DNA from: Candidatus Poribacteria bacterium
GTDB lineage: Bacteria > Poribacteria > WGA-4E > UBA9662
DNA length: 27,370 nucleotides
Assembly (NCBI GenBank): GCA_046582655.1
Contig: JAYGDX010000179.1
Span: forward strand, 1-27,370
Direction of reading: 5' to 3'
Under the pieces are notes generated by a model. That model was not told where the DNA came from, did no database searches, and worked only from the letters and a program-made list of their open reading frames with translations. This document shows positions 16,149 to 26,331 of this stretch, piece by piece. The position numbers and the translations under genes were made by a program. The first letter of the stretch is position 1, and every line of letters starts with the position of its first letter.

Positions 16149-18083
16149 TTAAGCTTTGTCCTGAATATTTCGGAAATCAATTAACGTCTGCCGATAAACT
16201 TCTGGTACTCCGATGTCAAAGCGTTTACCTTTGACAAGGTAACCCGAAAAGTTGTCCTCTCTCCGTAGCTTATCAAGGCATGGGGTCAGCTGGAATTCAC
16301 CTCTGTGGCGGATGTTATGGGCAATATGCTCTTCAAGGTAGTCAAATATTTTGGGAGCCAATACATATTGACCGAACACCGTCAGAAACTGTTCATCTTC
16401 CATTCCATCTACGTGTAGATGCTGCTGTGCATAAGTGGCGTCCGGTTTTTCGTAGAACTCGGTGACTGAAAGAATTGAGTCGGGATCTTGCCAAATACCG
16501 GTTACGCAACCAAACATATGGAGATGATCTACATGTGTCACTTGTAACCCAACCACACTATGGCCTATTTGTTTATAGACATCCAGAAGCTGTTTTGCGC
16601 ATGCAGATTGATTGTCGGAGGAATATAGGTGATCTCCCAACATCAAAAGGAAAGGTTCGTTATCCACCCATTCACGCGCACAATAAACAGCGTGTCCAAA
16701 TCCATCTTGACTTTCCTGCGTCACAAATGAGATACGACGACCCAAGCCCATCAAGTACTGGCAATATTCCTGATCTTCCTTGGACAGTTTGTTGAAATTC
16801 TCTATGGCAGGAGGTGTCTTGAAGAAATCCTCAAAGAGTTGACGGTCCCCACTTTGCACAATAAGACAAATTTCTTCAATTCCGGAATTGACTGCTTCTT
16901 CAATAATTACCATTATAGCGGGCTTAGCTCTGCCTTCTTGATCAATAATTGGAAACAGCTCTTTTTTTACTGCCTTAGATGCCGGAAATAAGCGGGTACC
17001 AAATCCCGCCGCTGGAATAACCGCTTTTCTTACACGTTGTTCTGACTGGACGACCAGTTCCAGACAGGACATATCCAGATCCCGTTTCAGGATTTCAATA
17101 ACCTTTTCTTGATCTGCCGCATCTTTGACAATAAATTGTGCGGAACCATCACCTTGGGAACCAACCCCTTTCCCTCCAAGAATATGCGGCTGAATGGGGG
17201 CATAATTGAGGACCTGATGTAGGATAGGAGCTGTCAGTTGCGAAGGGCAAGCAGGTTGTAAGTTTTTATCAAATTCAGCTTGCGCTTCTTTCATCAATTG
17301 CCCAACGCGTACCGCATCTCCCTGACGGAGGGCTTCATGGGCTTGACAAGTTATTTGGGCACTGGTCCTGCCGAGGTACCCTTGAACGTTTTTCTGCAAT
17401 TCATTTTCGGCAAAAGGATAACAGTGATTTAATTGGTGCAGTATCTCTTTGGTATCTTTACTGGCACCAAGATCGACGATAACAAAGAAAAGATCCTCAG
17501 ACACATTAAATTCATTAACATCAATTCGATCACCGTCGAAGGTCATCATTACAGGACGGTTACCGTAGGCGCATCCTTGATCCATACGACCACATCGGGA
17601 AGGAGTGGTAATTTCTCCTAAATAGGCAAATTCCATTTCACCACGTACAGTCATCTTCAAATCGTAAACACGATTAAATGCGCGAGCAACAAGAACACAC
17701 GTGGCTGCACTTGACGAAAGTCCTTTCTTTGTAGGCAGATCTGTCACGTAATTATCAATTTCAAGACCGTGTACGTGATAGTGTGTTAGGATTTGGTAGG
17801 CAACACCTGCAGCATAACTAAAAAACCCTCCATTCTCCGCTTCTGTCAGTAATGCTTTCCTTTCCATTGATAGTTCAAAGGGATCCAAGCGTGTTCCATC
17901 ACTCAATGTAGCATGAAGAATAAGCTTGGTTGGGTGAGGTGTTACTTTGGCGTAAAGGCCTTGATTCGTACCAGTAATTATTGTATACCCTTTTTCTAAA
18001 TCCGCATTGACACGACGGTAGCCACCCGCCCAGTCACTATGCTCACCAAAAAGACAAATTCTTCCTGGTACAAAGATCCTCAC
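16149..18083 (-). CDS. Bifunctional GHMP (galactokinase-like) sugar kinase / GalU-like sugar-1-phosphate nucleotidyltransferase
   Basis: N-terminal PGRICLFGEHSDW, PTKKGLSSSAA and GVGSQGDGS. C-terminal VRKAVIPAAGFGTRLFPASK..KELFP, GFGHAV, LGDH, EKP, GEFQLT and RFDIG. GAGG RBS before GTG 18083. Confidence 0.92.
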   Translation of the reverse strand: MRIFVPGRICLFGEHSDWAGGYRRVNADLEKGYTIITGTNQGLYAKVTPHPTKLILHATLSDGTRLDPFELSMERKALLTEAENGGFFSYAAGVAYQILTHYHVHGLEIDNYVTDLPTKKGLSSSAATCVLVARAFNRVYDLKMTVRGEMEFAYLGEITTPSRCGRMDQGCAYGNRPVMMTFDGDRIDVNEFNVSEDLFFVIVDLGASKDTKEILHQLNHCYPFAENELQKNVQGYLGRTSAQITCQAHEALRQGDAVRVGQLMKEAQAEFDKNLQPACPSQLTAPILHQVLNYAPIQPHILGGKGVGSQGDGSAQFIVKDAADQEKVIEILKRDLDMSCLELVVQSEQRVRKAVIPAAGFGTRLFPASKAVKKELFPIIDQEGRAKPAIMVIIEEAVNSGIEEICLIVQSGDRQLFEDFFKTPPAIENFNKLSKEDQEYCQYLMGLGRRISFVTQESQDGFGHAVYCAREWVDNEPFLLMLGDHLYSSDNQSACAKQLLDVYKQIGHSVVGLQVTHVDHLHMFGCVTGIWQDPDSILSVTEFYEKPDATYAQQHLHVDGMEDEQFLTVFGQYVLAPKIFDYLEEHIAHNIRHRGEFQLTPCLDKLRREDNFSGYLVKGKRFDIGVPEVYRQTLIDFRNIQDKA

Positions 18084-18322
18084 AATACTTCCTCTCTTAA
18101 TATCACTGGTTAACTACTTCCTACAATATTTTTTCAGGAAAATTTGATTGAGATTCCATATTATATCATTACTTAATTATTTTGTTCTGAACTTTTAGAG
18201 AATTTGGTAAAATATGTGAGAAAGTTAGAAATGATTATGATCTCGCTGGTCAGGTTGCTGCAGGAATATACATCTCGTAAGAACTCAGGTGTTTTACTAA
18301 TCGTTCAAGGACAATATAAGTT

Positions 18323-19177
18323 ATGCTAGGTCAAAAAGAGATCGAATTTTACCATCAAAATGGCTATCTAAGCATCAATAATGTAATTCCCGATGATATT
18401 CTGACGGAACTTCGTCAGGTAACCGACGAATTTGTGGAAAAATCCCGACGAGTAACTGAACACAATGATGTTTTTGATTTGGAGCCCGGGCATACGCCTG
18501 ACTCGCCTCGTGTCCGATGGATTAAGCATCCAGCTGACCACCATCCCGTTTATGATAAAGTTCTTCGTTACGATCCAATCCTCAATATTGTGACTCAGTT
18601 AATCGGTTTAGACATTCGTCATAACGGTCACAAACTTAACATGAAATACCCAAAGTTCGGCAGTCCAGTTCAATGGCATCAAGACGGGGCGTTTTATCCA
18701 CATACTAACGACGATCTGTTGGCTGTTGGTGTGGCAATTGATGACATGACGACCGAGAATTCCTGTTTGATGGTGATACCAAGGTCGCATTTAGGCCCTA
18801 CCTATAATCATCATCAGAATGGAGAGTTTATTGGGTCAGTAACAGAAACAGATTTTGATCCACAGGCCACCTCCATACCTGTAGAGGTTAAAGCAGGGGG
18901 AATCTCCATTCATCACGTACGTATGTTGCACGGTTCTGCTCCCAACACTTCTGATCAGCCACGCCGACTTTACTTAATCCAGTATTGTGCGCTGGATGCG
19001 TGGCCCCTGCTCGGCATTCCGAACTGGGATATATTTAACGATTGTATTTTACGTGGGACACCTAACAATGAACCGAGAACGACAGAGGCGCCAGTTCGGA
19101 TTCCTTTACCTCAGGCAGAAAGAGCCGGATCCATCTATGAGGTTCAAAGTCTGATGGAGAAGCCATTGTATCAATAG
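18323..19177 (+). CDS. Phytanoyl-CoA dioxygenase (PhyH) family protein
   Basis: Motifs FYHQNGYL, KLNMK, WHQD, DDMTTEN.CL.VIP.SH and LHGSAPNTS..PRR. The HxD...H triad is intact. Confidence 0.92.
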   Translation: MLGQKEIEFYHQNGYLSINNVIPDDILTELRQVTDEFVEKSRRVTEHNDVFDLEPGHTPDSPRVRWIKHPADHHPVYDKVLRYDPILNIVTQLIGLDIRHNGHKLNMKYPKFGSPVQWHQDGAFYPHTNDDLLAVGVAIDDMTTENSCLMVIPRSHLGPTYNHHQNGEFIGSVTETDFDPQATSIPVEVKAGGISIHHVRMLHGSAPNTSDQPRRLYLIQYCALDAWPLLGIPNWDIFNDCILRGTPNNEPRTTEAPVRIPLPQAERAGSIYEVQSLMEKPLYQ

Positions 19178-19218
19178 GATATCGATTAAAATAGAATTGA
19201 GAGTCAAAACAGATAGAA

Positions 19219-20239
19219 TTGAAAGCGGCATACTATCAAGGTAATAAATCTTTTTTCATAGGTGACTGTACACCACAATCGCCCGATATTGGTGAAGTTC
19301 GTATCGACGTTTTATGTTGTGGGATTTGCGGAACGGATATTCATATATATCGTGGACATATGGCTGAACGGATCAACCCACCTCAAGTTATTGGTCATGA
19401 AATGTCGGGTACAATTGCAGAAATCGGTGATGGTGTTGAGGGTTTTCAAATCGGAGATCCGATTGTTGTCCGACCATTAGATTCTTGCAACCATTGTCCC
19501 GCCTGTAAAGCTGGATACCGCCATATTTGTCAGAATCTGAACTTTATCGGTATTGATTCGCCCGGTCGCATTTCAATCGTCCTGGAATGTTTCAGCTCAA
19601 GTACTCCATAGACTTCCCCAAGACATGGACATGGAGATTGCGACACTGATTGAACCATTAGCGGTTGCTTGTCATGATGTCCGTCTTGGGCAGATTCGTT
19701 CGGGTGAAACGGTCGTCGTTATAGGTGGTGGCCCTATCGGAATGTTGATCTCTCTGGTTGCTAAGTCAAAAGGGGCTAGCGTAACATTAGCCGAAGTTAA
19801 TCCATTTCGGATTGACCTGGCAAAAAACCTGGGGATTAACGCTATTAACCCAGTCGAGGAAGATCTAGAAAAATACGTTATAGGTATAACCGATGGTGCG
19901 GGAGCGGATGCTGTGTTTGAAGTTTCTGGATCAAGGCAGGGAATAGAAGCCACAACAGAATTGTGCCGAACTCGCGGACGTATTATCGTAGTAGCGATTT
20001 TTCCTGAACCGCAGCCGGTAAATTTGTTCAAATTCTTCTGGCGAGAAATACAGATGCTTGGCGTCCGAGTTTACGAGCCTGACGATTATGAAGAAGCAAT
20101 TATACTAGCCGGTTCAAAGAGGATACCTTTAGGAAAACTAATTACCTCTGTTCAACCGCTGGAAACAATCTCGGATGCTTTTCACTCGCTAGACACAACC
20201 CCGAATAATCTAAAAATATTGATCAAATGTTCTGATTAA
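19219..20239 (+). pseudogene. Zn-dependent sugar-acid dehydrogenase (MDR), single frameshift
   Basis: GICGTD, GHE and CNHCPAC..G..HIC in 19219-19611. EPLAVACH and GGGPIG in 19553-20239. Removing C19567 gives DSPGAFQSSW. Confidence 0.85.
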
Positions 20240-20257
20240 TGAATGGGAGTTAGATTG

Positions 20258-21028
20258 ATGTCTATACTTGAAGATTTTCAACTAAGTGGGAAAGTTGCGT
20301 TGGTTACTGGATGCAGGCGAGGAATTGGGAAAGCAATGGCCGTTGGTCTAGCAGAGGCGGGTGCCGACATCATTGGTGTGAGCCGTAATCTGGAATTAAA
20401 TGGAAGTCAAATTGAGAAAGAAGTCAACGCCTTAAACAGAGATTTCCAAGGATATGCCTGTGATTTTGCCAATCGTGAGGCACTGTATGTCTTTATTAGC
20501 CAGGTAAATGCTGATTTTCCGGTTATTGATATTCTGGTCAATAATGCGGGAGCAATCTTGCGAAAACCAGCCGCTGAACATCCAGATGAATATTGGGACA
20601 AGATTGTTGACATCAACCAAAACGCCCAGTTTATCCTGACACGTGAAATTGGTAAACGGATGATTGAAAGAGGGAATGGTAAAATCATCTTCACTGCGTC
20701 ACTCTTGACCTATCAAGGAGGTATCACTGTTCCTGGCTATGCAGCTACAAAAGGTGCTGTCGGTCAATTAACCATGGCGTTTGCTAATGAATGGGCCAGT
20801 AAAGGCATAAATGTCAATGCGATTGCTCCGGGATATGTCACAACGGATAATACAGAAGCCTTACGTAATGACCCGGCACGGAGTAAACAGATTCTGGAAC
20901 GAATTCCAGCTGCGCGCTGGGGAGAACCTAAAGACTTTAAAGGAATAGTTGTTTATCTAGCATCTAAAGCTTCCGATTACGTTCATGGAAGCATTATCCT
21001 CGTTGATGGTGGCTGGATGGGACGTTAG
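20258..21028 (+). CDS. kduD: 2-dehydro-3-deoxy-D-gluconate 5-dehydrogenase-like SDR
   Basis: Motifs LSGKVALVTGCRRGIG, DILVNNAG, ASLLTYQGGITVPGYAATK, NAIAPGY..TDNT.ALR and VDGGWMGR. GGAG RBS before ATG 20258. Confidence 0.85.
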   Translation: MSILEDFQLSGKVALVTGCRRGIGKAMAVGLAEAGADIIGVSRNLELNGSQIEKEVNALNRDFQGYACDFANREALYVFISQVNADFPVIDILVNNAGAILRKPAAEHPDEYWDKIVDINQNAQFILTREIGKRMIERGNGKIIFTASLLTYQGGITVPGYAATKGAVGQLTMAFANEWASKGINVNAIAPGYVTTDNTEALRNDPARSKQILERIPAARWGEPKDFKGIVVYLASKASDYVHGSIILVDGGWMGR

Positions 21029-21047
21029 AAATAAAAAGGAAAAATCT

Positions 21048-22019
21048 ATGTCGTCGGAAATGTCGTTTTCATCAGCAGAAACTCTCGATCAGTATTTGTT
21101 AAACCATAACTTGCGTCTATCTTTCGACGGATATGCCTTTGAGGAATGGCAAAATCAATTGACATCAAATTTGAAAGAGTGTCTGGGCCCTTTTCCTGAA
21201 AAACCTGTTCCGCTAAATTCGCGTGTGATTTCGACTGAAAAGTTTGAGAAATTTACACTCCACAGAGTGATCTATGATTCCCGATCAGATTCGCCTGTCC
21301 CTGCTTACCTTCTCATCCCACATGGGATTAGAGAAAAAAGTCCGGCTGTTCTATGTATTCACGGTCATGTTCCGGAAGGTAAAGCCAACTTGGTTTTTGG
21401 TGATGGTCAATATGGTGTGCCCTATGGACGTGAGCTTGCTGAGCAGGGACTTGTAACGTTGTGTCCTGATAACGCTGGAATGGGAGAACGCGCCCATCCT
21501 TCCGGTGGATGTGATTTTCTTTGGCGTCGTCTCAACCTACTGGGGCATGACCTAACCGGTTACCGAGTTTATGATCTGATTCGCAGTGTTGACTATCTTC
21601 AAAGCTTATCGGAAGTGGATGAGACACGGATCGGTATTGCCGGATTATCCGGTGGTTGTTGGCTGGGAATCGTTCATGCAGCGCTGGATCCACGTGTTCA
21701 GGCTGCCATACTAAGTGGGTACTTCACCACCTTTGCACAAACATCATGGTTCGGACATTGCATTTGTCACCATCCAAAGGGGATTGGAGAACTCTGCGAA
21801 ATGCCGGACATCGCAGGATTGATCGCCCCACGCCCGATCTTTGTAGAATGGGGAAATCAGGACACAAGCCGCCCGGTACACCCAGCTTTTGAAATTACAC
21901 AGAAAATCTATTCTGTAGCTAATGCTGAGGATCAGATTACTCTCCATGAATTTGAGGGAGGGCATGTTTTTTCAGGTCAGCGATCACTTCCTTGGTTAAT
22001 CCAAGAATTATCAGGCTAA
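21048..22019 (+). CDS. Alpha/beta hydrolase (dienelactone hydrolase / acetylxylan esterase-like)
   Basis: PAYLLIP, PAVLCIHGH, nucleophile motif GLSGG, LIAPRP and GGH. AAGGA upstream of ATG 21048 (the ORF track starts at 20985). Confidence 0.88.
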   Translation: MSSEMSFSSAETLDQYLLNHNLRLSFDGYAFEEWQNQLTSNLKECLGPFPEKPVPLNSRVISTEKFEKFTLHRVIYDSRSDSPVPAYLLIPHGIREKSPAVLCIHGHVPEGKANLVFGDGQYGVPYGRELAEQGLVTLCPDNAGMGERAHPSGGCDFLWRRLNLLGHDLTGYRVYDLIRSVDYLQSLSEVDETRIGIAGLSGGCWLGIVHAALDPRVQAAILSGYFTTFAQTSWFGHCICHHPKGIGELCEMPDIAGLIAPRPIFVEWGNQDTSRPVHPAFEITQKIYSVANAEDQITLHEFEGGHVFSGQRSLPWLIQELSG

Positions 22020-22086
22020 AATGGTATGTCATCTGTGATTCAAATCTACAGAATAAAAACTGGAAAGCAATTCTGTTGAAAGGATA

Positions 22087-22766
22087 GTGATGGAACAATT
22101 GAGTGATACCCGTAAATCACTTGAGAAACATATTCATGGATTTAAAACACAGGGATTTACTGTCTTTCCGCAAACATTTGATGAAACATGGATGCAACGG
22201 GCACGTGAAATATTTGAAGAAACTGTTAATCGTATTCCATATGAAGGAGACACCCCCCAACAAATTTGATAAACTTGATTGAACATGCGCCATATCATCA
22301 ATGCGATTGTTTATTTACAGAATCTAACTGATGAAACAGGACCATTGCGAGTCATTCCCGGATCTCACATGCGGGCGTTAAGTATTCCAAGGGAAAATAA
22401 GACAGCACACCCTGAAGAGAAAACTATTTATCTGAAATCTGGTGACGTAGTAATGTTTCACTGTAGTATGCTTCATGCTGGTTCACCTAATATGTCAGGC
22501 GAACCAAGATATATTTACATCATTACCTACAATCACAGTTGGTTGAAATACCGTGGTAATCATAACGGTCCTAATGCTCAAGCTTTCATTGAATTTGCTC
22601 GCAAAGAAAATAATCGTCTCTTGCTTCGATTACTTGGTGAGGATGATTACTTGGTGAGGATGATTTGCTGTTTAGTCGCGCAAATTCAGGTTACCAGTTA
22701 CCAGATGAATGCATGTGGAAAAAATGGATCGACGAGGATAGGCAATGTATGGAAGCCCAAAGCTGA
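22087..22766 (+). pseudogene. PhyH family dioxygenase, decayed (internal deletion and frameshifts)
   Basis: FKTQGFTVF, then a +1 in the C6 run (~22255) into NLIEHAP, then a direct jump to INAIVYLQ..GPLRVIPGSH..LHAG..R, so the HxD segment is absent. A 17-bp duplication shifts the C-terminus, whose native frame ends at TGA 22764-22766. Confidence 0.82.
22628..22665. repeat. Perfect 17-bp tandem duplication inside the PhyH pseudogene
   Basis: GATTACTTGGTGAGGAT at 22628-22644 and 22645-22661, followed by GATT. Confidence 0.95.
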
Positions 22767-22858
22767 TCAAGATCATGAAAGTTTGTTACCTGACATTCGT
22801 CAGCTAACTTGATCCAATTCATGTTATTTTTAATCAACCCTTATCTATAGGAATTGAA

Positions 22859-23581
22859 ATGCCACAGGAAAAAGTCAGATATACAGAGTTGCTGCCGCAC
22901 GAATTTCGGTCCCGCCTGAACCAAAGGCCGATAGCTTATCTCCCCCTAGGAACGTTGGAATGGCATGGAGAACATCTACCGCTTGGTTCTGATGCCATCA
23001 TTAGTCAAGGTGTAATGATGGAGTGTGCTTACCAGTTTGGAGGGATTGTCATGCCGCCGATTCATTTAGGACCGGATCGGTCAAACTTACAAGCAAGTGG
23101 CATGCAACTACAAGGGATGGACACTGCTGATACAACCACACCGCACCGCCAGTTGGATGGCAGTTGTTACTGGGTTTCAGAAGGGTTTTTTATGGCTCTG
23201 ATTGACACGATCCTTGAGCAAATCAAACGGGCTGGCTTTTTATCTGTGTTTGCTGATGGGCATGGTCCTTCACGTGGATCATGGGTCCGTAACCTCGAAG
23301 AGCGTCAAGCCCGTTTTGGACTGAAACTGTTTGGCGTTACCAGTGATTTTCAGGACACATGGCGAAGCCAGATGGATCATGCAGCGCAAAATGAAACCTC
23401 GCTGGTGATGGCATTACAACCTGAACTGGTTGATCTATCGCAGTTGTCATCAGACCGGGAAGTCTGGCCGCAAGGGGTTGGAGGTCAGGACCCGCGTGAC
23501 GCAACAGCCGAACTTGGTTGCAAATGGGTGCAGGCATCGGTCGAAACTGTCAAAAAGATGTTTCAGGAAGCTGGTGTTTAA
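22859..23581 (+). CDS. Creatininase / creatinine amidohydrolase family protein
   Basis: Metal-binding motifs LPLGTLEWHGEHLPLGSD, DGHG and DHA..NETS. Confidence 0.9.
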   Translation: MPQEKVRYTELLPHEFRSRLNQRPIAYLPLGTLEWHGEHLPLGSDAIISQGVMMECAYQFGGIVMPPIHLGPDRSNLQASGMQLQGMDTADTTTPHRQLDGSCYWVSEGFFMALIDTILEQIKRAGFLSVFADGHGPSRGSWVRNLEERQARFGLKLFGVTSDFQDTWRSQMDHAAQNETSLVMALQPELVDLSQLSSDREVWPQGVGGQDPRDATAELGCKWVQASVETVKKMFQEAGV

Positions 23582-23758
23582 GTTCTTTAACTTTGGTAGA
23601 TATCTATGAATAATAGATTATGAAAACCAAGAATCGGTATCTATCAAGAATTTGTCGAAGGCACCTAAACACGTTTGATCAAGAAGGATGATAAACTGTT
23701 TGTTTCATTTGGCTAAATCTAGTCTCAAATTTAGAATTGATTAATCAAGGACGGATTG

Positions 23759-25096
23759 ATGAGTTTAAACATTATTTACATCCATTCGCATGATACTGGG
23801 AAGTATACTCAACCCTATGGCCATGCTATTCCAACCCCTAATATCCAAAAACTGGCTGAAGAGGGAGTATTGTTTCGACAAGCATTCTGTGCCAACCCAA
23901 CTTGCTCACCAAGTCGGGCTTCCTTATTGACAGGACAATGGGCACATAGTTGTGGGATGGGAGGGCTGGCGAATCGGGGTTGGTCCCTACCTTTCCCCGG
24001 ACATCTTATTATGCATACCTTAAAGCAAGCTGGCTACGTAACAGCGATGGCTGGATTCCAACATGTGGTAAAGGATGTATCCACAGCAGGTTACACCCGT
24101 GTGCTTAGCCAAGAGAAAGGAAAAGCAGGGGCGGAGGAACATGCAGTCGCTTTCCTGTCAGAGAAACACGACCAACCATTTTTTCTGGATGTCGGGTTTG
24201 GGGAAACACATCGGCGGGGAGCTGGATTCGATAACCAACCGGCAGGAGAGGAGAAAACAGATCCGCGTTACGTAAAGCCACCCGCCCCTTTCCTTGATAC
24301 GCCTGATACACGTCAGGATATGGCTGAATATATTGACGCAGCGAGAACACTTGATTACAAGATGGGGCAGGTGTTTGAAGCTGTCGATAGAAACGGCTTG
24401 ACAGATAATACGATGATCATTTGTACCACAGACCACGGCCTAGCCTTCCCTAATATGAAGTGTCATCTTACAGATCATGGTATTGGCGTGATGTTAATTG
24501 TGCGGGGACCTAACGATTTTAAAGGTGGTAAGGTAATTGATGGGATGGTGAGTCAGGTAGATCTGTTCCCAACAATCTGTGAATTAATTGATATTGAAAA
24601 CCCCTCATGGTTACAGGGGACATCAATTGTACCATTAATACACGGAGAAGAGGAGATTCGTCAGGAGATCTTCGCTGAGGTAAATTATCATTGCTGCTAT
24701 GAACCTCAGCGTGCAGTAAGAACCAAAAGGTGGAAATACATTCGACGCTATGATCAGGCGACCACGCTGGCAATGCCCAATTGTGACGAGGGCATCAGCA
24801 AAACCTACATGATCGAACATAACTGGCACCAAAAGCCGGTGGAGTCAGAACGTCTATATGATTTGGTTTATGACCCTGGCGAGACGAATAATCTTGCCTA
24901 TGATAACCAGCATCAGGAAACTCTGGAAGAGATGCGTCACAAATTAGATCTATGGCGTCAAGAAACTGAAGACCCTTTATGGGAAAATTCGATCATGATG
25001 CCGCCGGAAACTGCAGTTCTCAACGATCCAAACGACCTATCACCAAACGATAAACAATATCCAGCTTGGGATATGATGGGAATTGAGTCTAGTTAA
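23759..25096 (+). CDS. Formylglycine-dependent sulfatase (S1), sulfamidase-like, no signal peptide
   Basis: NIIYIHSHD, CSPSRASLLTG (CxPxR), TTDHG, K..L.D.G..V.LI, WKYIR and LYDL..DP.E..NL. Confidence 0.93.
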   Translation: MSLNIIYIHSHDTGKYTQPYGHAIPTPNIQKLAEEGVLFRQAFCANPTCSPSRASLLTGQWAHSCGMGGLANRGWSLPFPGHLIMHTLKQAGYVTAMAGFQHVVKDVSTAGYTRVLSQEKGKAGAEEHAVAFLSEKHDQPFFLDVGFGETHRRGAGFDNQPAGEEKTDPRYVKPPAPFLDTPDTRQDMAEYIDAARTLDYKMGQVFEAVDRNGLTDNTMIICTTDHGLAFPNMKCHLTDHGIGVMLIVRGPNDFKGGKVIDGMVSQVDLFPTICELIDIENPSWLQGTSIVPLIHGEEEIRQEIFAEVNYHCCYEPQRAVRTKRWKYIRRYDQATTLAMPNCDEGISKTYMIEHNWHQKPVESERLYDLVYDPGETNNLAYDNQHQETLEEMRHKLDLWRQETEDPLWENSIMMPPETAVLNDPNDLSPNDKQYPAWDMMGIESS

Positions 25097-25272
25097 TTGC
25101 TTAATAATAATTTGCTGATATCAGCATCATCATTGTGTGAAGTGCTAGATTGGAAACATCAGCGATAATCGGCTCCTGTTAGGATCTTGTCTGAGTATGC
25201 GATGTGATTGTTTCTTTGCGGCTAGGCTAAAAGGAATACTATCTGATAGTCGTTTCAACTTAAATTAAGGTT

Positions 25273-26133
25273 TCAAAGATCAAAGCGCTTTTCTGCTCCA
25301 TTAACAATCAATTTGTAATTTTGACCGATTGGGAAGTTGCCCTCAAGCCGAATGCTTTCCGTTATTTCTGTAATTACTTGAGAGCAAAACGCGTCTTTGG
25401 GACGTCTTGTTGTTATCTCAACAGTTACTAAGTTTTCTTCCCGACTTTGTTTTATTTGATAAAGCTCGGTACAGCTATCAGATAAGTAGCCCTTTACTGT
25501 AACATTAACCAAAGCTGGAATGCTTTTGGTAATTTGCAATGAAATTCCATTTATTGGTAATTTTCCTATTAGCCAAATTCCATTTTCGTCAGACTCCAGT
25601 TTCATTAAATTGCTAATTTCAAAACCTTTCTCTTCATCCACCATCATTTCCACATAATCTACCGATCCCTCAAATGGATATCCATCATGCGGGTCATAAT
25701 TTATTGAAATCTGGTAAGCATTTTTGTCATAGGCATCTTGGATGAAACTGAATAATCCATCAATTGTTTTATAACGATCCAGTTTGTTCACTTGGACAGG
25801 AATCTGCGTTTCAGTATAAATAGCGTTGTTAATTATTCCATCCTCCACTGTAATAGTGACAGGAGAAATATAATCATGCTCGCAAAAGCAAATCCAGCGA
25901 AAGTCAAATTGATAGTTATTTAAATTACTAGCTTGCCATCTTGATTTGTTGATTTCAAATTCGGATAGCGGGATAAAGTTAGGATTTTCAACTGTCTCCT
26001 TGATGATTTTACTGATTTCTTCTTCATTGGTGGTACAACTAATAATTGCAAGTTGGAAAATGCAAATAAATAACAGATATGCAGGTCTTTTTACTCTAAA
26101 TTTCCTTAGTAAAATGCGAATTGCGACAGCCAT
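25273..26133 (-). CDS. Putative lipoprotein with DUF6174-like domain and a C-terminal two-Cys beta domain
   Basis: Lipobox-like IISC after a hydrophobic stretch. RWQ.SNLNNYQF...CFC, TIDGLF and YDP..GYP. The start is uncertain (ATG 26133 or TTG 26178). Confidence 0.7.
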   Translation of the reverse strand: MAVAIRILLRKFRVKRPAYLLFICIFQLAIISCTTNEEEISKIIKETVENPNFIPLSEFEINKSRWQASNLNNYQFDFRWICFCEHDYISPVTITVEDGIINNAIYTETQIPVQVNKLDRYKTIDGLFSFIQDAYDKNAYQISINYDPHDGYPFEGSVDYVEMMVDEEKGFEISNLMKLESDENGIWLIGKLPINGISLQITKSIPALVNVTVKGYLSDSCTELYQIKQSREENLVTVEITTRRPKDAFCSQVITEITESIRLEGNFPIGQNYKLIVNGAEKRFDL

Positions 26134-26331
26134 ATTACTTGAATCGATGTATTGAGCAATAAGTTTTCCAATTTTCAACTATTATGTTCTTTCATAGCAA
26201 CTACGACAGACCACCGCACTTTCATTTGTAAGGCATTTCTTCAGTTTCGAGTGCAACGTCGAAATTCAATCGACATAGAGGCAATTTCGGGCACAAGGTT
26301 GAATCTTAGTTGAATTTCGCCCTACTTACTT

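Noticed and set aside
15972..22665. CRISPR array or repeat family from the short direct repeats
   Set aside because: There are only two isolated two-copy tandem duplications with unrelated sequences, no spacers and no cas genes.
23582..23755. Possible gene remnant between creatininase and sulfatase
   Set aside because: Only very short open frames with no recognisable motif.
26260..26319. 10-bp inverted repeat CGAAATTCAA/TTGAATTTCG upstream of the lipoprotein gene as a riboswitch or ncRNA
   Set aside because: No recognisable riboswitch consensus, and too little structure to support a call without a covariance search.
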